In this document: positions 53,213 to 63,358 of the stretch, in pieces | Position numbering within the stretch: the first letter of the stretch is position 1 | Layout of the letters: each line of letters opens with the position of its first letter | Source: Acholeplasma sp. | GTDB lineage: Bacteria > Bacillota_I > Bacilli_A > Acholeplasmatales > UBA5453 | DNA length: 64,000 nucleotides | Direction of reading: 5' to 3' | Assembly (NCBI GenBank): GCA_036677365.1 | Contig: JAVBWN010000030.1 | Span: 89,422-153,421 of the forward strand | The notes under the pieces: model-generated | Told to the model about the DNA's origin: nothing | Databases searched by the model: none | The model's input: only the letters and a program-made list of their open reading frames with translations | Made by a program: the position numbers and the translations under genes

Positions 53213-53835
53213 ATATAGATCATTTTTTAGCCACATTAAATCAAATGTTTCCAGATGCCAAAGCAGAGTTAAACTATCAAAACCCATTTGAGCTATTGAT
53301 TGCTGTGGTATTGTCCGCACAGACGACAGACAAAGCAGTCAATAAAGTTACTGAGAAATTATTTACAGCATATCCAAATGCAGAAGCATTGGCTCAGGCA
53401 AATCTGTTAGATGTTGAAAACACCATTAAAACCATAGGGCTATATCATAACAAAGCAAAGAACATCATTGCTTTGAGTCAAGCGTTGGTAGAAAAGCATC
53501 ATGGACTTGTCCCTCAAGAACGAGAACAGCTTGAAGCATTGCCAGGAGTAGGTAGAAAAACAACCAACGTTGTCATATCCAATGCATTTGGTATACCCGC
53601 ACTTGCAGTAGATACACACGTAGCAAGAATATCTGTTCGACTAGGGTTAGCCAAAGAAAAAGACTCTGTACTTGAAATCGAGAAGAAACTCAATCGAAAA
53701 ATACCCAAACAGCATTGGCTCAAAGTCCATCATCAAATGATTTTTTTTGGTAGATACCATTGTTTAGCAAAAAATCCTAAGTGTAATATTTGCCCTTTAT
53801 TTGATGACTGTAAATTCAAAGATAAGCAAAAGTGA
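53209..53835 (+). CDS. nth: Endonuclease III
   Basis: LSAQTTD, HhH LPGVGRKT, VDTHV, C-X6-C-X2-C-X5-C. Confidence 0.97.
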   Translation: MNIDHFLATLNQMFPDAKAELNYQNPFELLIAVVLSAQTTDKAVNKVTEKLFTAYPNAEALAQANLLDVENTIKTIGLYHNKAKNIIALSQALVEKHHGLVPQEREQLEALPGVGRKTTNVVISNAFGIPALAVDTHVARISVRLGLAKEKDSVLEIEKKLNRKIPKQHWLKVHHQMIFFGRYHCLAKNPKCNICPLFDDCKFKDKQK

Positions 53836-53861
53836 TTTCGTTTTAGAAATTACTTTTTTTT
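53828..53861 (+). terminator. Terminator after nth
   Basis: AAAAGTGATTTC/GAAATTACTTTT stem plus T-run. Confidence 0.7.
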
Positions 53862-53944
53862 GTCAAAAAAATATTTCTTATTTCTTTCATTTTATGATAA
53901 TATGGATTTTGGAAAAATTCTAATATAGAAAGGACTGAATTCGT

Positions 53945-55174
53945 ATTAATCATTCAAAACTGGTCGATAAGGCCAACAAAAAGCTTTTCAAAGACGAAGA
54001 ACCAAACATTAAAATTGGGGCGACCATCAAAATGAAACGAAAGGAACAAAATAAAACATTAAGAGAAGTTTCAGAAAAAGCAGATGTTTCACTGTCATTC
54101 ATTAGTAAAATTGAAAACGATCAAATTAAAGCTAATTTGGATCACATCAAGGGCATCCTAGAGGATTTAGAAATTAAAGAAGAAGTATTTCAGTTGTCTC
54201 AAGATATGAGTAAGTGGTATGAAGACTTGCTAGATTATGAACTCGATTTAGGAAATCCTAACATATCCTTTAAACCTGTGACAGAAAATCGTGATGACTT
54301 TCAAAGTAAAATCATTGATTTGGCGGTAAACGTCAAAAAGGGATACTATGGACAGTCAGAACAAAATATCACGATGCTGATCACAGCGATGGATAATATG
54401 AAACCAATCGAGATTGCGATATTTTTACTCATCGTAGCAGATTATTATATCCAAGTGGATGAATATTTTAAAGCAGCTGAACTACTTAGAATCGTATATA
54501 AGAAAGAATTCGTCCATGAAAAAATCAATCTCTGGCTATATGAATTATTATTTAAACTGTCCCTATGTTCGAAAAATGAACATTATGTAACACAGTTATT
54601 CGAATATCTCCAACAAATGTACATAATATATAATCTCTACGGAAAATCTACTGAAAAAAGAATGGAATACATAAAATATTGTGCATATATTAAGGATGAA
54701 GTCTTTTTCAATAAATTACTCAGTTTTGATGATCACATTGAACACAAGAAAGCTCAATACATCCAAATGTTTTTAAGTGGCAAACTCAACAAATTAAAAC
54801 ACGAGATTGAACAACTACAGGATAATCCAGCATTTAGTCTCATTTTAGCGTTATACTATCACGAAACCAAACAACCACAAAAAGCCGTCTTATGGACGAA
54901 CCAATTGTGCGACCATGCGTATGATTCACCCATCGAATCGTTTTATAAAAACTATTTAAAATCAACCTATATTACGAATGATTCCAGTCAATACCTCAAA
55001 TCGGTGTTGGGAAATAAGGGCGATTTATATTATCAAACTGCAGTCATCGAAATTGCTTTTGAATATTATATTGAATGGTTGATGGATGCACACCGTTATA
55101 AGGAATGCACAACAGTGATGCAGATGGTCGTCAAGCGTTTGAATGATATTCGAAAAAACCTTGAAATCTTTTAG
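53945..55174 (+). CDS. XRE-HTH transcriptional regulator with helical (TPR-like) C-terminus; start uncertain
   Basis: IGATIKMKRKEQNKTLREVS...SFISKIEN; the HTH extends upstream of ATG 54032 and the frame is open from 53939. Confidence 0.75.
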   Translation: MNHSKLVDKANKKLFKDEEPNIKIGATIKMKRKEQNKTLREVSEKADVSLSFISKIENDQIKANLDHIKGILEDLEIKEEVFQLSQDMSKWYEDLLDYELDLGNPNISFKPVTENRDDFQSKIIDLAVNVKKGYYGQSEQNITMLITAMDNMKPIEIAIFLLIVADYYIQVDEYFKAAELLRIVYKKEFVHEKINLWLYELLFKLSLCSKNEHYVTQLFEYLQQMYIIYNLYGKSTEKRMEYIKYCAYIKDEVFFNKLLSFDDHIEHKKAQYIQMFLSGKLNKLKHEIEQLQDNPAFSLILALYYHETKQPQKAVLWTNQLCDHAYDSPIESFYKNYLKSTYITNDSSQYLKSVLGNKGDLYYQTAVIEIAFEYYIEWLMDAHRYKECTTVMQMVVKRLNDIRKNLEIF

Positions 55175-55210
55175 AAAAGCCGAAAAATAGCGAAAAAATG
55201 CCCGGAAGCG

Positions 55211-55243
55211 TTGACATACTTGAGTACATTAAGTATACTTAAT
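55211..55243 (+). promoter_or_regulatory. ABC exporter promoter with overlapping palindromic operator
   Basis: TTGACA-17-TATACT; ATTAAGTATACTTAAT palindrome at 55228-43. Confidence 0.8.
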
Positions 55244-55267
55244 AATTGGACGGAAGGAGGGCATTAT

Positions 55268-57079
55268 ATGCGATTAATAAAATTACTAAAAACCGCTAAA
55301 GGACTTTATATCCTTTTAGCAGTCATTATTCTTGTTGTTATGTTTAATCGTTTTACCTATTCCTACGTACCGCTATTCACTCAATACATCATCGATTTAT
55401 TGGATGTGGGCACCTCTACTGCAAACTTTCCTAAATTTGTGACCGATGTTTTTGAACAAGGTAGCGACATCATTCAAATCATCATGATTGTAGCGATTAC
55501 CATGGTTTTTTATCAAGCAATGCGATTCACCATGTTATTCGTCGAAGAGTATGCCCAAGGGCGATTCTCAGAAGGTGTTTCTAAGCGTCTTAGAGACCGC
55601 CTGTACAGTCATATTCAATCTTTAGACTACAGTTTTCACAATAATGCAGATACTGGTGACCTTGTTCAAAGAGTCACTTCCGATATCGAAGCCATGAGTA
55701 ATTTTTTAGCGAACCGATTACCTGAGTTCTTTAGACTGATGGCAACCATTACATTTGGAGCAATCCAAATTTATGCCATCAGCCCAACCATGGTACTGAT
55801 TGCGTTAGGGATGGTACCGATATCTGCTGCAACATCGATTTGGTACTTTAAAAAAGTCGATAAATCGTTTAAAGTGATTGAAGAATCTGAAGCGAAAATG
55901 ATGACCGTGATTCAAGAAAACCTAAGCGGTGCACGTATCGTTAGAGCTTTTGCAAACGAGGCATTCGAGATTGAAAAACTCGAAAAGGAAAACAAAAAAT
56001 ACAGCGATCAATTTTTACATTTCCAAACCATTTCGTCCAGGTATTGGGGATTTTCGGATACGATTGCGATTACACAATACTTGGTGACCATCATCATTGG
56101 GGTCATCTTTGTAAGAGAAAACATCGTCATCACCGGTGGGCAAATCATCGCAGTACTCATGCTTTTAGGGATGCTCATATGGCCGATTCGTGGCTTAGGT
56201 AGAATGATTGGTGACTTTGGTCGTGCATTGGTTGCGACCCAAAGAATTTATGAGCTTCTAGAAAAACCAAGCGAATTCAACATCAATGGTACGTTGACCC
56301 CTGAAATTAAGGGTGACATCGAATTTAGAGATGTTTATTTCAAATTTGCTGATGGTAAAAACAATTTATTGAATGGGGTGAGCTTCCATGTTCGACCAGG
56401 ACAAACGGTAGCGATTATCGGTAGAACTGGGTCAGGGAAAACCACCGTCATTAATTTACTTTCACGCATGCTAGAGACCACAGAAGGTGACATCATCATC
56501 GATGGGGTATCCATCAAAGACATTGAAAAACACCATTTGAGAAAACATATGGGGATCGTTTTACAAGACCCATTCTTATTCTCAAAAACGGTGTATGAAA
56601 ACATCGCGATTTCTAATCCAAGCACCGATAAAGGTAATGTTTATAAAGCAGCACAAATTGCGGCTATTGAAAAAGACATCCATACTTTTGAAAAAGGGTA
56701 TGATACTGTGGTTGGTGAACGTGGTACGACACTCTCGGGTGGTCAAAAACAAAGGGTGGCGATTGCCCGTATTTTGGTTGCAGACAAGCCAATTTTGGTA
56801 TTTGATGACTCCTTATCGGCAGTCGATACTGAAACCGACATGATGATTCGAAGTGCATTGAAAGACAAAGGTTCCTCATCGACAACCATCATCATCACAC
56901 ACCGTATTACGACAGCGAAAGAAGCCGATTTGATCGTTGTTTTAGAAAACGGTACAGTTTCTGATATTGGTACACATTCAACACTAAAAGATAAACCGGG
57001 ATTATATCAAAAACTATGGCATATCCAAGGTGAACTAGAAGCCGAATTTATGAAGTTAATAGAGGAGGCGAAATCATGA
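55268..57079 (+). CDS. ABC exporter subunit (TMD+NBD)
   Basis: GRTGSGKT, LSGGQKQR, degenerate Walker B FDDS; start at ATG 55268 after AGGAGG. Confidence 0.93.
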   Translation: MRLIKLLKTAKGLYILLAVIILVVMFNRFTYSYVPLFTQYIIDLLDVGTSTANFPKFVTDVFEQGSDIIQIIMIVAITMVFYQAMRFTMLFVEEYAQGRFSEGVSKRLRDRLYSHIQSLDYSFHNNADTGDLVQRVTSDIEAMSNFLANRLPEFFRLMATITFGAIQIYAISPTMVLIALGMVPISAATSIWYFKKVDKSFKVIEESEAKMMTVIQENLSGARIVRAFANEAFEIEKLEKENKKYSDQFLHFQTISSRYWGFSDTIAITQYLVTIIIGVIFVRENIVITGGQIIAVLMLLGMLIWPIRGLGRMIGDFGRALVATQRIYELLEKPSEFNINGTLTPEIKGDIEFRDVYFKFADGKNNLLNGVSFHVRPGQTVAIIGRTGSGKTTVINLLSRMLETTEGDIIIDGVSIKDIEKHHLRKHMGIVLQDPFLFSKTVYENIAISNPSTDKGNVYKAAQIAAIEKDIHTFEKGYDTVVGERGTTLSGGQKQRVAIARILVADKPILVFDDSLSAVDTETDMMIRSALKDKGSSSTTIIITHRITTAKEADLIVVLENGTVSDIGTHSTLKDKPGLYQKLWHIQGELEAEFMKLIEEAKS

Positions 57080-58905
57080 ACTACGAAGAACAAGATTTCC
57101 AGACCGAAAAGGTCAATTTAAATACTTGGAAGAAAATCATTGAAACGGTATTCAAATCCAAAAAAAGCGTTATTTTAATGATTATGTTCGTGGTGTTGTT
57201 ATCATTGTTAGATGCGGTTACACCGCTTTTAAACCGCTATGCCATTGACGTATTCTTTAGGGAAAAAGAGTTTTCAACACTCATTCCATTCATCATTTTA
57301 AATTTCTTAGTGGCGTTGGGTTTTGGTCTATCGGTTTGGGGATTCATATATCAAGCCGGTAAGATTGAAGTTGCCGTCAATTATGAATTAAGAAAACAAT
57401 CTTTCGAGACTTTACAACGTTTACCATTTGCCTATTTTGACAAAACCCCTCAAGGGTGGATCATGGCACGTATGACATCAGACTCACGTAAACTGGCTAA
57501 CGTCATCTCTTGGGGTGTCGTTGACTTGCTATGGAGTTTTGTCGTGATGGTAACCATCCTCATCGTCATGTTCGTACTGGAATGGCGTTTAGCGCTCATT
57601 GTCACAGCGGCAATCCCTGTGATGGCACTGGTTGCGTGGTACTTTAGAAAGAAAATTTTGGTTCATTACCGTGAAGCCAGAAAAGTCAATTCACAAGTCA
57701 CTGCGTCTTATAACGAATCCTTTATGGGTGCGAAAACCACCAAGAGCTTAGCCATTGAAGCTGAAAACTATGATGAATTTAAAGCGAAAACAGGTTTACT
57801 CAGACGAGCGAATGTCAAAGCCGTATTTTTCCAATCGGTATTCAGCCCAATCATGTTGTTGATTTCATACATCGTGATTGCGTTTGTATCCATCGAAGGT
57901 GGGAATGAAGTATTGAAGTTTGCCATTTCGGTCGGTACCTTATACGCATTCATCGAGTATTCTGTACGTTTTTTTGAACCCATCATGCAAATCTCACGTA
58001 TTTTGGCACAATTTCAACAGGCACAAGCCAGTGCTGAACGTGTCATTCAATTGATTGAAACTCAACCGGAAATTACGGATAGCCCTGAAGTAGTTGAGAA
58101 ATATGGTGACTTGTTACATCCGAAATATGACAACTGGGAACCAATTGAAGGCGATGTTGAGTTTAAAGATGTGACTTTCCATTATTTGGAAAATGAAATC
58201 ATCTTACAAAACTTTAACCTCAAGGTAAAACGAGGTACCTCTGTAGCCTTGGTAGGACATACTGGGTCTGGTAAAACCACCATCATCAACTTATTATCAA
58301 GATTTTACGAGCCAAAACAAGGCGAAATCCTCATCGATGGTGTGAATTATAAAAATCGCAGCATGCACTGGTTACATAAACGCTTAGGATATGTGCTTCA
58401 AACGCCACATCTATTCTCAGGTACCATCATGGAAAATATTCGTTATGGTCGATTAGAGGCTACCGATGAACAAGTCATTGAAGCGTCAAAAGCGATTGGT
58501 GCCGATGAATTCATCTCTCAAATGGATAAAGGTTATCAAAGTGAAGTAGGTGAAGGTGGTAATAAACTTTCAACCGGTCAAAAACAATTGATCAGTTTTG
58601 CTAGAGCGATCCTCGCTGACCCAAGATTACTCATTTTGGATGAAGCGACATCCTCGATCGACTCTGAATCCGAACAAGTGATTCAACAAGCTACCGATAA
58701 ATTATTAAAAGGTAGAACCTCTTTCATCGTTGCGCACAGACTATCAACGATTGTCAAAAGTGACCTCATCATTTATCTATCGGGTGGAAAAATCATTGAA
58801 CAGGGTGACCACCGCACATTGCTTGAAAAGCGTGGGGCTTACTTTGAGTTATATAAACGACAATTTTTAACAGAACAACAAGAAAAAATGGAAAAAGCAT
58901 TATAA
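57076..58905 (+). CDS. ABC exporter subunit (TMD+NBD), heterodimer partner
   Basis: GHTGSGKT, LSTGQKQL, LDEAT, AHRLST. Confidence 0.93.
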   Translation: MNYEEQDFQTEKVNLNTWKKIIETVFKSKKSVILMIMFVVLLSLLDAVTPLLNRYAIDVFFREKEFSTLIPFIILNFLVALGFGLSVWGFIYQAGKIEVAVNYELRKQSFETLQRLPFAYFDKTPQGWIMARMTSDSRKLANVISWGVVDLLWSFVVMVTILIVMFVLEWRLALIVTAAIPVMALVAWYFRKKILVHYREARKVNSQVTASYNESFMGAKTTKSLAIEAENYDEFKAKTGLLRRANVKAVFFQSVFSPIMLLISYIVIAFVSIEGGNEVLKFAISVGTLYAFIEYSVRFFEPIMQISRILAQFQQAQASAERVIQLIETQPEITDSPEVVEKYGDLLHPKYDNWEPIEGDVEFKDVTFHYLENEIILQNFNLKVKRGTSVALVGHTGSGKTTIINLLSRFYEPKQGEILIDGVNYKNRSMHWLHKRLGYVLQTPHLFSGTIMENIRYGRLEATDEQVIEASKAIGADEFISQMDKGYQSEVGEGGNKLSTGQKQLISFARAILADPRLLILDEATSSIDSESEQVIQQATDKLLKGRTSFIVAHRLSTIVKSDLIIYLSGGKIIEQGDHRTLLEKRGAYFELYKRQFLTEQQEKMEKAL

Positions 58906-58911
58906 AAATGG

Positions 58912-58946
58912 ATGGCTAGGTCACAATCGACTTAGCCATTTCTTTT
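58912..58946 (+). terminator. Terminator after the ABC genes
   Basis: ATGGCTAGGTC/GACTTAGCCAT stem plus TTCTTTT. Confidence 0.7.
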
Positions 58947-58989
58947 ATACAAGATCACAAGCGGTATATATCAAGCGGTGATTAAAACA

Positions 58990-60348
58990 ATGAAAAAAAT
59001 ATGTTTGGTGTTTCTCTTATGGTTTTTTATACCCATATCGATTCAAGCGAATTCGGTGTTTTTCCTTTGGCATAACACATCACTCGTGATCCCTTTAGGT
59101 GAAAGTTTGGAACCATTTCTAAGTATGCCTTATGCCACATTGAATGCACCGAATGAAGACCCGAACCTCTATTATGAAAAAAATGGCGTAAATTATACCT
59201 ACCAATCGGTCATTCAAACCAGCGTGGTTAAAACATACAAACTTGATTTTAGGGTGTATTCACCCAAATATCGAATCAGTTCAACCCAAACCATTACCAT
59301 TCAGGTGGTGGATTTGATCGCACCTACGTTTATCAAAATACCCCTGCTCGAAGTGCCTGTATTCACCAAAACGGTCGACTATACGTTGGGACTACAATAC
59401 ATTGATAACTATACCTCAACCCATAAAATAACGCTTAAAGTGGACACGAATGCGGTTAATCTCAATCAAATAGGGGCTTATTCAATCCTTTATACCCTAA
59501 TGGATGAGTTTGGCAATGAAACAAAAGCGATGACATACATCCTTGTTAAAGATTATTATGCACCGATGATTACCCAAACCAAACCGATCATTTTGAATCC
59601 AGGCCAAGCGTTTAAGGTCGATGATTTTTTCTTGATCAAAGACAACTACGATGTATTTGTCCATACTTGGGTTCATGACGAAACGGTTGACTATGATACA
59701 ATAGGTGTCTATCCCATAAGCATTGAAGTCTATGATCAAAGTGGTAATATTAACCGCATCGATACGAGTTTAGAAATTAAAGATATGACACCGCCAGAGT
59801 TGTATTTGAAGGCGAGTGAACTGTATATCCAAAGGTATGAAGACATAGATTTGAAAAGTCTCATATTGAAAGTAAAGGATAACAACAGCTTTGTTTCCAT
59901 CGAGGATGTCATCATTACGACCGATTTAGACATTCAAAACGTCGGTTTTTATGAAGCTTTGTTTGAAATACAGGATTCATCCGGATTGAAAACAACCCAA
60001 TCGGTAACGATTTATGTGGTGGATAAGACTAAACCAAAGGTGACTTTTGATCCACTCACGATTGAAAAAGGGTATCCTTATGATTTGATGTGGGGCATTC
60101 ACAGTGAATCGGAAGAACGGCTCAATATCCATATATTTGATACCAATATAGACATGAAAAAAGGGACCTATGAAGTGGTCTATATCATCATAGATGCTTA
60201 TGGAAATCATACAATCGCCATCCGTCAAGTGACGGTACATGAAGAAACAACCGAAGTATCTATAGCCATCTATGTCATTTCTAGTATCGCCATCCTCGGG
60301 ATCATTTCTTTAGGTTCACTTTGGATTTGGAAAAAAAGACGGCTTTAG
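58990..60348 (+). CDS. Surface protein with tandem Ig-like (DUF5011/HYR-like) repeats and C-terminal TM anchor
   Basis: Signal peptide; ~80-aa repeats of the form G.Y.....D..GN......V.D..P; TM segment then KKRR. Confidence 0.8.
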   Translation: MKKICLVFLLWFFIPISIQANSVFFLWHNTSLVIPLGESLEPFLSMPYATLNAPNEDPNLYYEKNGVNYTYQSVIQTSVVKTYKLDFRVYSPKYRISSTQTITIQVVDLIAPTFIKIPLLEVPVFTKTVDYTLGLQYIDNYTSTHKITLKVDTNAVNLNQIGAYSILYTLMDEFGNETKAMTYILVKDYYAPMITQTKPIILNPGQAFKVDDFFLIKDNYDVFVHTWVHDETVDYDTIGVYPISIEVYDQSGNINRIDTSLEIKDMTPPELYLKASELYIQRYEDIDLKSLILKVKDNNSFVSIEDVIITTDLDIQNVGFYEALFEIQDSSGLKTTQSVTIYVVDKTKPKVTFDPLTIEKGYPYDLMWGIHSESEERLNIHIFDTNIDMKKGTYEVVYIIIDAYGNHTIAIRQVTVHEETTEVSIAIYVISSIAILGIISLGSLWIWKKRRL

Positions 60349-60379
60349 TATGTTATACTAGGAATTAGGATGTGATGGT

Positions 60380-63358
60380 ATGAAGGGGTATATTGGCCTT
60401 CAAAGTGAATACAGTTTATTGAATAGTACCATACGACTAGAAACCTTGTTTGAGGAAATCAAACAACGCGGCTATGATACGATCTTTTTATCCGATGATA
60501 ATAACTTATACGCCAGTTATAAGTTTTTTTCCGTATCTACCCCGATAAAAAGAATTTTGGGCATCCGATTGTCCATCACCCATTTAGAACAACATACCAG
60601 TTTATATGCTTATGCAATCTCCAAAAAAGGTCACCAAAACCTCATCATTTTATCGAGTTTAGTCCAATTGTCAAAAAACAAAACAGTCGATATGGGGGAT
60701 CTGATCAAATATCAAGAAGACCTCATATTCATCAGCAGTGGTTATACATCGGATATCGATCAAGCGATCCTCAAAAACGATCTTTTAGAAGCGCGTAAAC
60801 GGGTGGAAAACTATCGATATTTACTGAAACACTTTTATTTAGGTTTGATGGTTCAAACGCTCAAAATGGAAATTGAGGTCGCACCAAAAATCGCGAAATT
60901 AGCTGAGCACTATGGTATTGGTTTAATGCCATTGCATGCATCCAATTATATCGAAGATGAAGCCTCCTATGACGCCTTAATAAAAATCGATCATCAAGAT
61001 CGCATTCGATTTGATGAGGGTGATTTTGGGGTACCAACCTATGACCGATTGATTCAAAGTTTCAGTGAATACAAACCTGTCTTTTCAACTTTAGAACAAG
61101 TCTTTGGCAAGGTGAGTTATGTCCCAGAAAAGGCTGTTTTTGAATTACCTAACCCTTTAGAAAAAGGCATTTCATCTAAATCCTATTTGAAGGATTTATG
61201 TGATGTTGGTTTGTCTTTAAGACACAAAAAACAACCATTTGAACACCCAGAAAAATACAAGGAACGCTTAAATTACGAGTTATCTGTGATCGATAAGATG
61301 GGTTACAATAACTATTTTTTGGTGGTATGGGATTTTGTTAAATACGCCAAAAAGGAAGGCATCATGGTGGGTCCTGGTAGAGGTTCCGCTGCAGGGTCTT
61401 TGGTATCATTCGCTTTAGGCATTACCGATGTCGACCCCATCAAATACGATTTATTGTTTGAAAGATTCTTAAATCCAGAACGCATCAGCATGCCAGATAT
61501 CGATTTGGACTTCCCCGATAATAAGAGGGACGACGTCATTCGTTATGTCCAAGCTAAGTATGGTAAGCACCACGTCGTTTCGATCACTACCTTTGGTACA
61601 TTTCAAGTGAAAAGCTCCATTAGAGACATCTGTCGAACCCAAGGATTATCGGTCGCAGATACCAACCGTATCGTCAAACTCGCTACAGAAGCCTATGAAA
61701 TTACGGACCCTAAGACAGAGGATATTCTAAAATTGGCACAATCCATCGAAGGGTTACCTAGACATACAGGGACCCACGCTGCTGGCATCATTTTATCCTC
61801 GGTCGATTTATCGAGAATCATCCCCCTACAAAGTGGGTCATCGGACTTATATCAGTCACAACTCGAAGCCGAAGATTTGGAAAAAATGGGGTTACTTAAA
61901 ATCGACTTTTTAGGGATTAGAAACCTTCAAATCATCAAAGAAACCCTTGGTTTAATCGAAAAGAAAAACATCAAAATCGACTTATACAATTTACCGCTTA
62001 ATGACAAAAAAACATTCGATTTGCTGTCTAAAGCCGATACCGTAGGGGTATTCCAACTCGAATCGGTTGGTATGAAGCGTGTTTTAACCAAACTTAAACC
62101 GAATCAATTTGAAGATTTGGTTGCGATACTGGCATTATTTAGACCCGGCCCGATGGATAACATCGATATTTATATTGAAAGACGTGCAGGTCAAAAATTC
62201 GACTACATCGATGAGGAACTGAAAGACATTTTAGCCCCAACTTACGGCATCATCATCTATCAAGAACAAATCATGAAAATCGCATCGAAGTTTGCGAACT
62301 ATACCCTCGCTGAAGCCGATTTATTGAGACGTGGGGTCTCTAAAAAAGACAAAGATATCCTCGAAAACGAGCGGGTTAAATTCATTCAAAAAGCAGTTCA
62401 AAACCATAAATCCGAAGCACTCGCTAACAAGATTTATGACTATATTTTGAAGTTTGCACTATATGGCTTTAACCGCAGCCACTCCGTTGCTTATGCGATG
62501 GTGGCTTATCAAATGGCGTATTTAAAAGCACACCATTTTGATGCGTTCATGACGGTATTGTTGTCATCGGTAGCAAGTAACACTGAACAAGTGATCGATT
62601 ACATCTCAAAACTAAAAGAAAAAGGAATTAAAGTCCTTAAACCCAACATTCAAGTCTCCGATTTTGATTTTTTACTCACAGACAAAGGCATCATTTATCC
62701 ATTGTTGGCGATTAAAAACATTGGCACCCAAACTGTACTCAAAATCAAAGAAGCCAGAGCAAGCGGCCCATTCCAAGACTATGATGATTTCAAAAAGCGA
62801 TTATCCAATGATCTCAATGATAAAATCATGGAAGCTTTCATTTTCTCTGGGGCACTGGATGGTTTTGGTTTAAACAAGCGGACATTGTATGAAAACAGAC
62901 AATTGGTTCATAAGGATTACGAGTTATTTGTCTCAGACATCGTGATGAAAACCTACGATGAATACCCATTAGAAGTCTTGATCGAAAAAGAAAAGACCGC
63001 ACTGGGTTTCAATCTTTCGATGACCCCAATATCGGTTTATCAAGACATCATTCAAAAACATCAATTAACGCCATTGAGTGAGATTGAAAAAACAACCAAA
63101 ACTTTAGGTATGGTCAAACGTGTCAAAGTCATCCACACCAAACAAGGCAAACCGATGGCATTTATTGAAGTATCGGATGGGGATACTACATTAGATGTGA
63201 CCGTATTTCCTGAAGTTTATGCTAAATACGGTATGTTATTATCCAGTAAATCACTTTTGATATTTACGATTGAACCCAACCAATATGAAGGCAAGAAATA
63301 CATATTAAATCGAATTGAGGTCATAGCCGATGAAACCACTTCAACTGAACTCCAATAA
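60380..63358 (+). CDS. dnaE: DNA polymerase III alpha subunit (DnaE)
   Basis: GPGRGSAAGS, PDIDLDF, LKIDFLG, YGFNRSH; C-terminal OB fold. Confidence 0.97.
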   Translation: MKGYIGLQSEYSLLNSTIRLETLFEEIKQRGYDTIFLSDDNNLYASYKFFSVSTPIKRILGIRLSITHLEQHTSLYAYAISKKGHQNLIILSSLVQLSKNKTVDMGDLIKYQEDLIFISSGYTSDIDQAILKNDLLEARKRVENYRYLLKHFYLGLMVQTLKMEIEVAPKIAKLAEHYGIGLMPLHASNYIEDEASYDALIKIDHQDRIRFDEGDFGVPTYDRLIQSFSEYKPVFSTLEQVFGKVSYVPEKAVFELPNPLEKGISSKSYLKDLCDVGLSLRHKKQPFEHPEKYKERLNYELSVIDKMGYNNYFLVVWDFVKYAKKEGIMVGPGRGSAAGSLVSFALGITDVDPIKYDLLFERFLNPERISMPDIDLDFPDNKRDDVIRYVQAKYGKHHVVSITTFGTFQVKSSIRDICRTQGLSVADTNRIVKLATEAYEITDPKTEDILKLAQSIEGLPRHTGTHAAGIILSSVDLSRIIPLQSGSSDLYQSQLEAEDLEKMGLLKIDFLGIRNLQIIKETLGLIEKKNIKIDLYNLPLNDKKTFDLLSKADTVGVFQLESVGMKRVLTKLKPNQFEDLVAILALFRPGPMDNIDIYIERRAGQKFDYIDEELKDILAPTYGIIIYQEQIMKIASKFANYTLAEADLLRRGVSKKDKDILENERVKFIQKAVQNHKSEALANKIYDYILKFALYGFNRSHSVAYAMVAYQMAYLKAHHFDAFMTVLLSSVASNTEQVIDYISKLKEKGIKVLKPNIQVSDFDFLLTDKGIIYPLLAIKNIGTQTVLKIKEARASGPFQDYDDFKKRLSNDLNDKIMEAFIFSGALDGFGLNKRTLYENRQLVHKDYELFVSDIVMKTYDEYPLEVLIEKEKTALGFNLSMTPISVYQDIIQKHQLTPLSEIEKTTKTLGMVKRVKVIHTKQGKPMAFIEVSDGDTTLDVTVFPEVYAKYGMLLSSKSLLIFTIEPNQYEGKKYILNRIEVIADETTSTELQ

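Noticed and set aside
53894..53928. Tiny ORFs (MIIWILEKF, MDFGKILI) as pheromone peptides for the XRE regulator
   Set aside because: They have no RBS, overlap the probable -10 box, and are too short to distinguish from chance.
39000..55200. Apparent AT-richer segment suggesting horizontal transfer
   Set aside because: An impression only, which I could not quantify; the segment contains core genes (recG, plsX, rnc, nth) and no mobility signatures.
58958..58979. CAAGCGGT direct repeat upstream of the Ig-repeat gene
   Set aside because: Only two 8-bp copies, and the second overlaps the RBS region; insufficient support for a binding site.
161..62873. Numerous short antisense or alternate-frame ORFs in the ORF track (for example 2140-2472, 11267-11752, 48206-48766)
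   Set aside because: They shadow conserved genes and show no recognisable motifs or independent translation signals.
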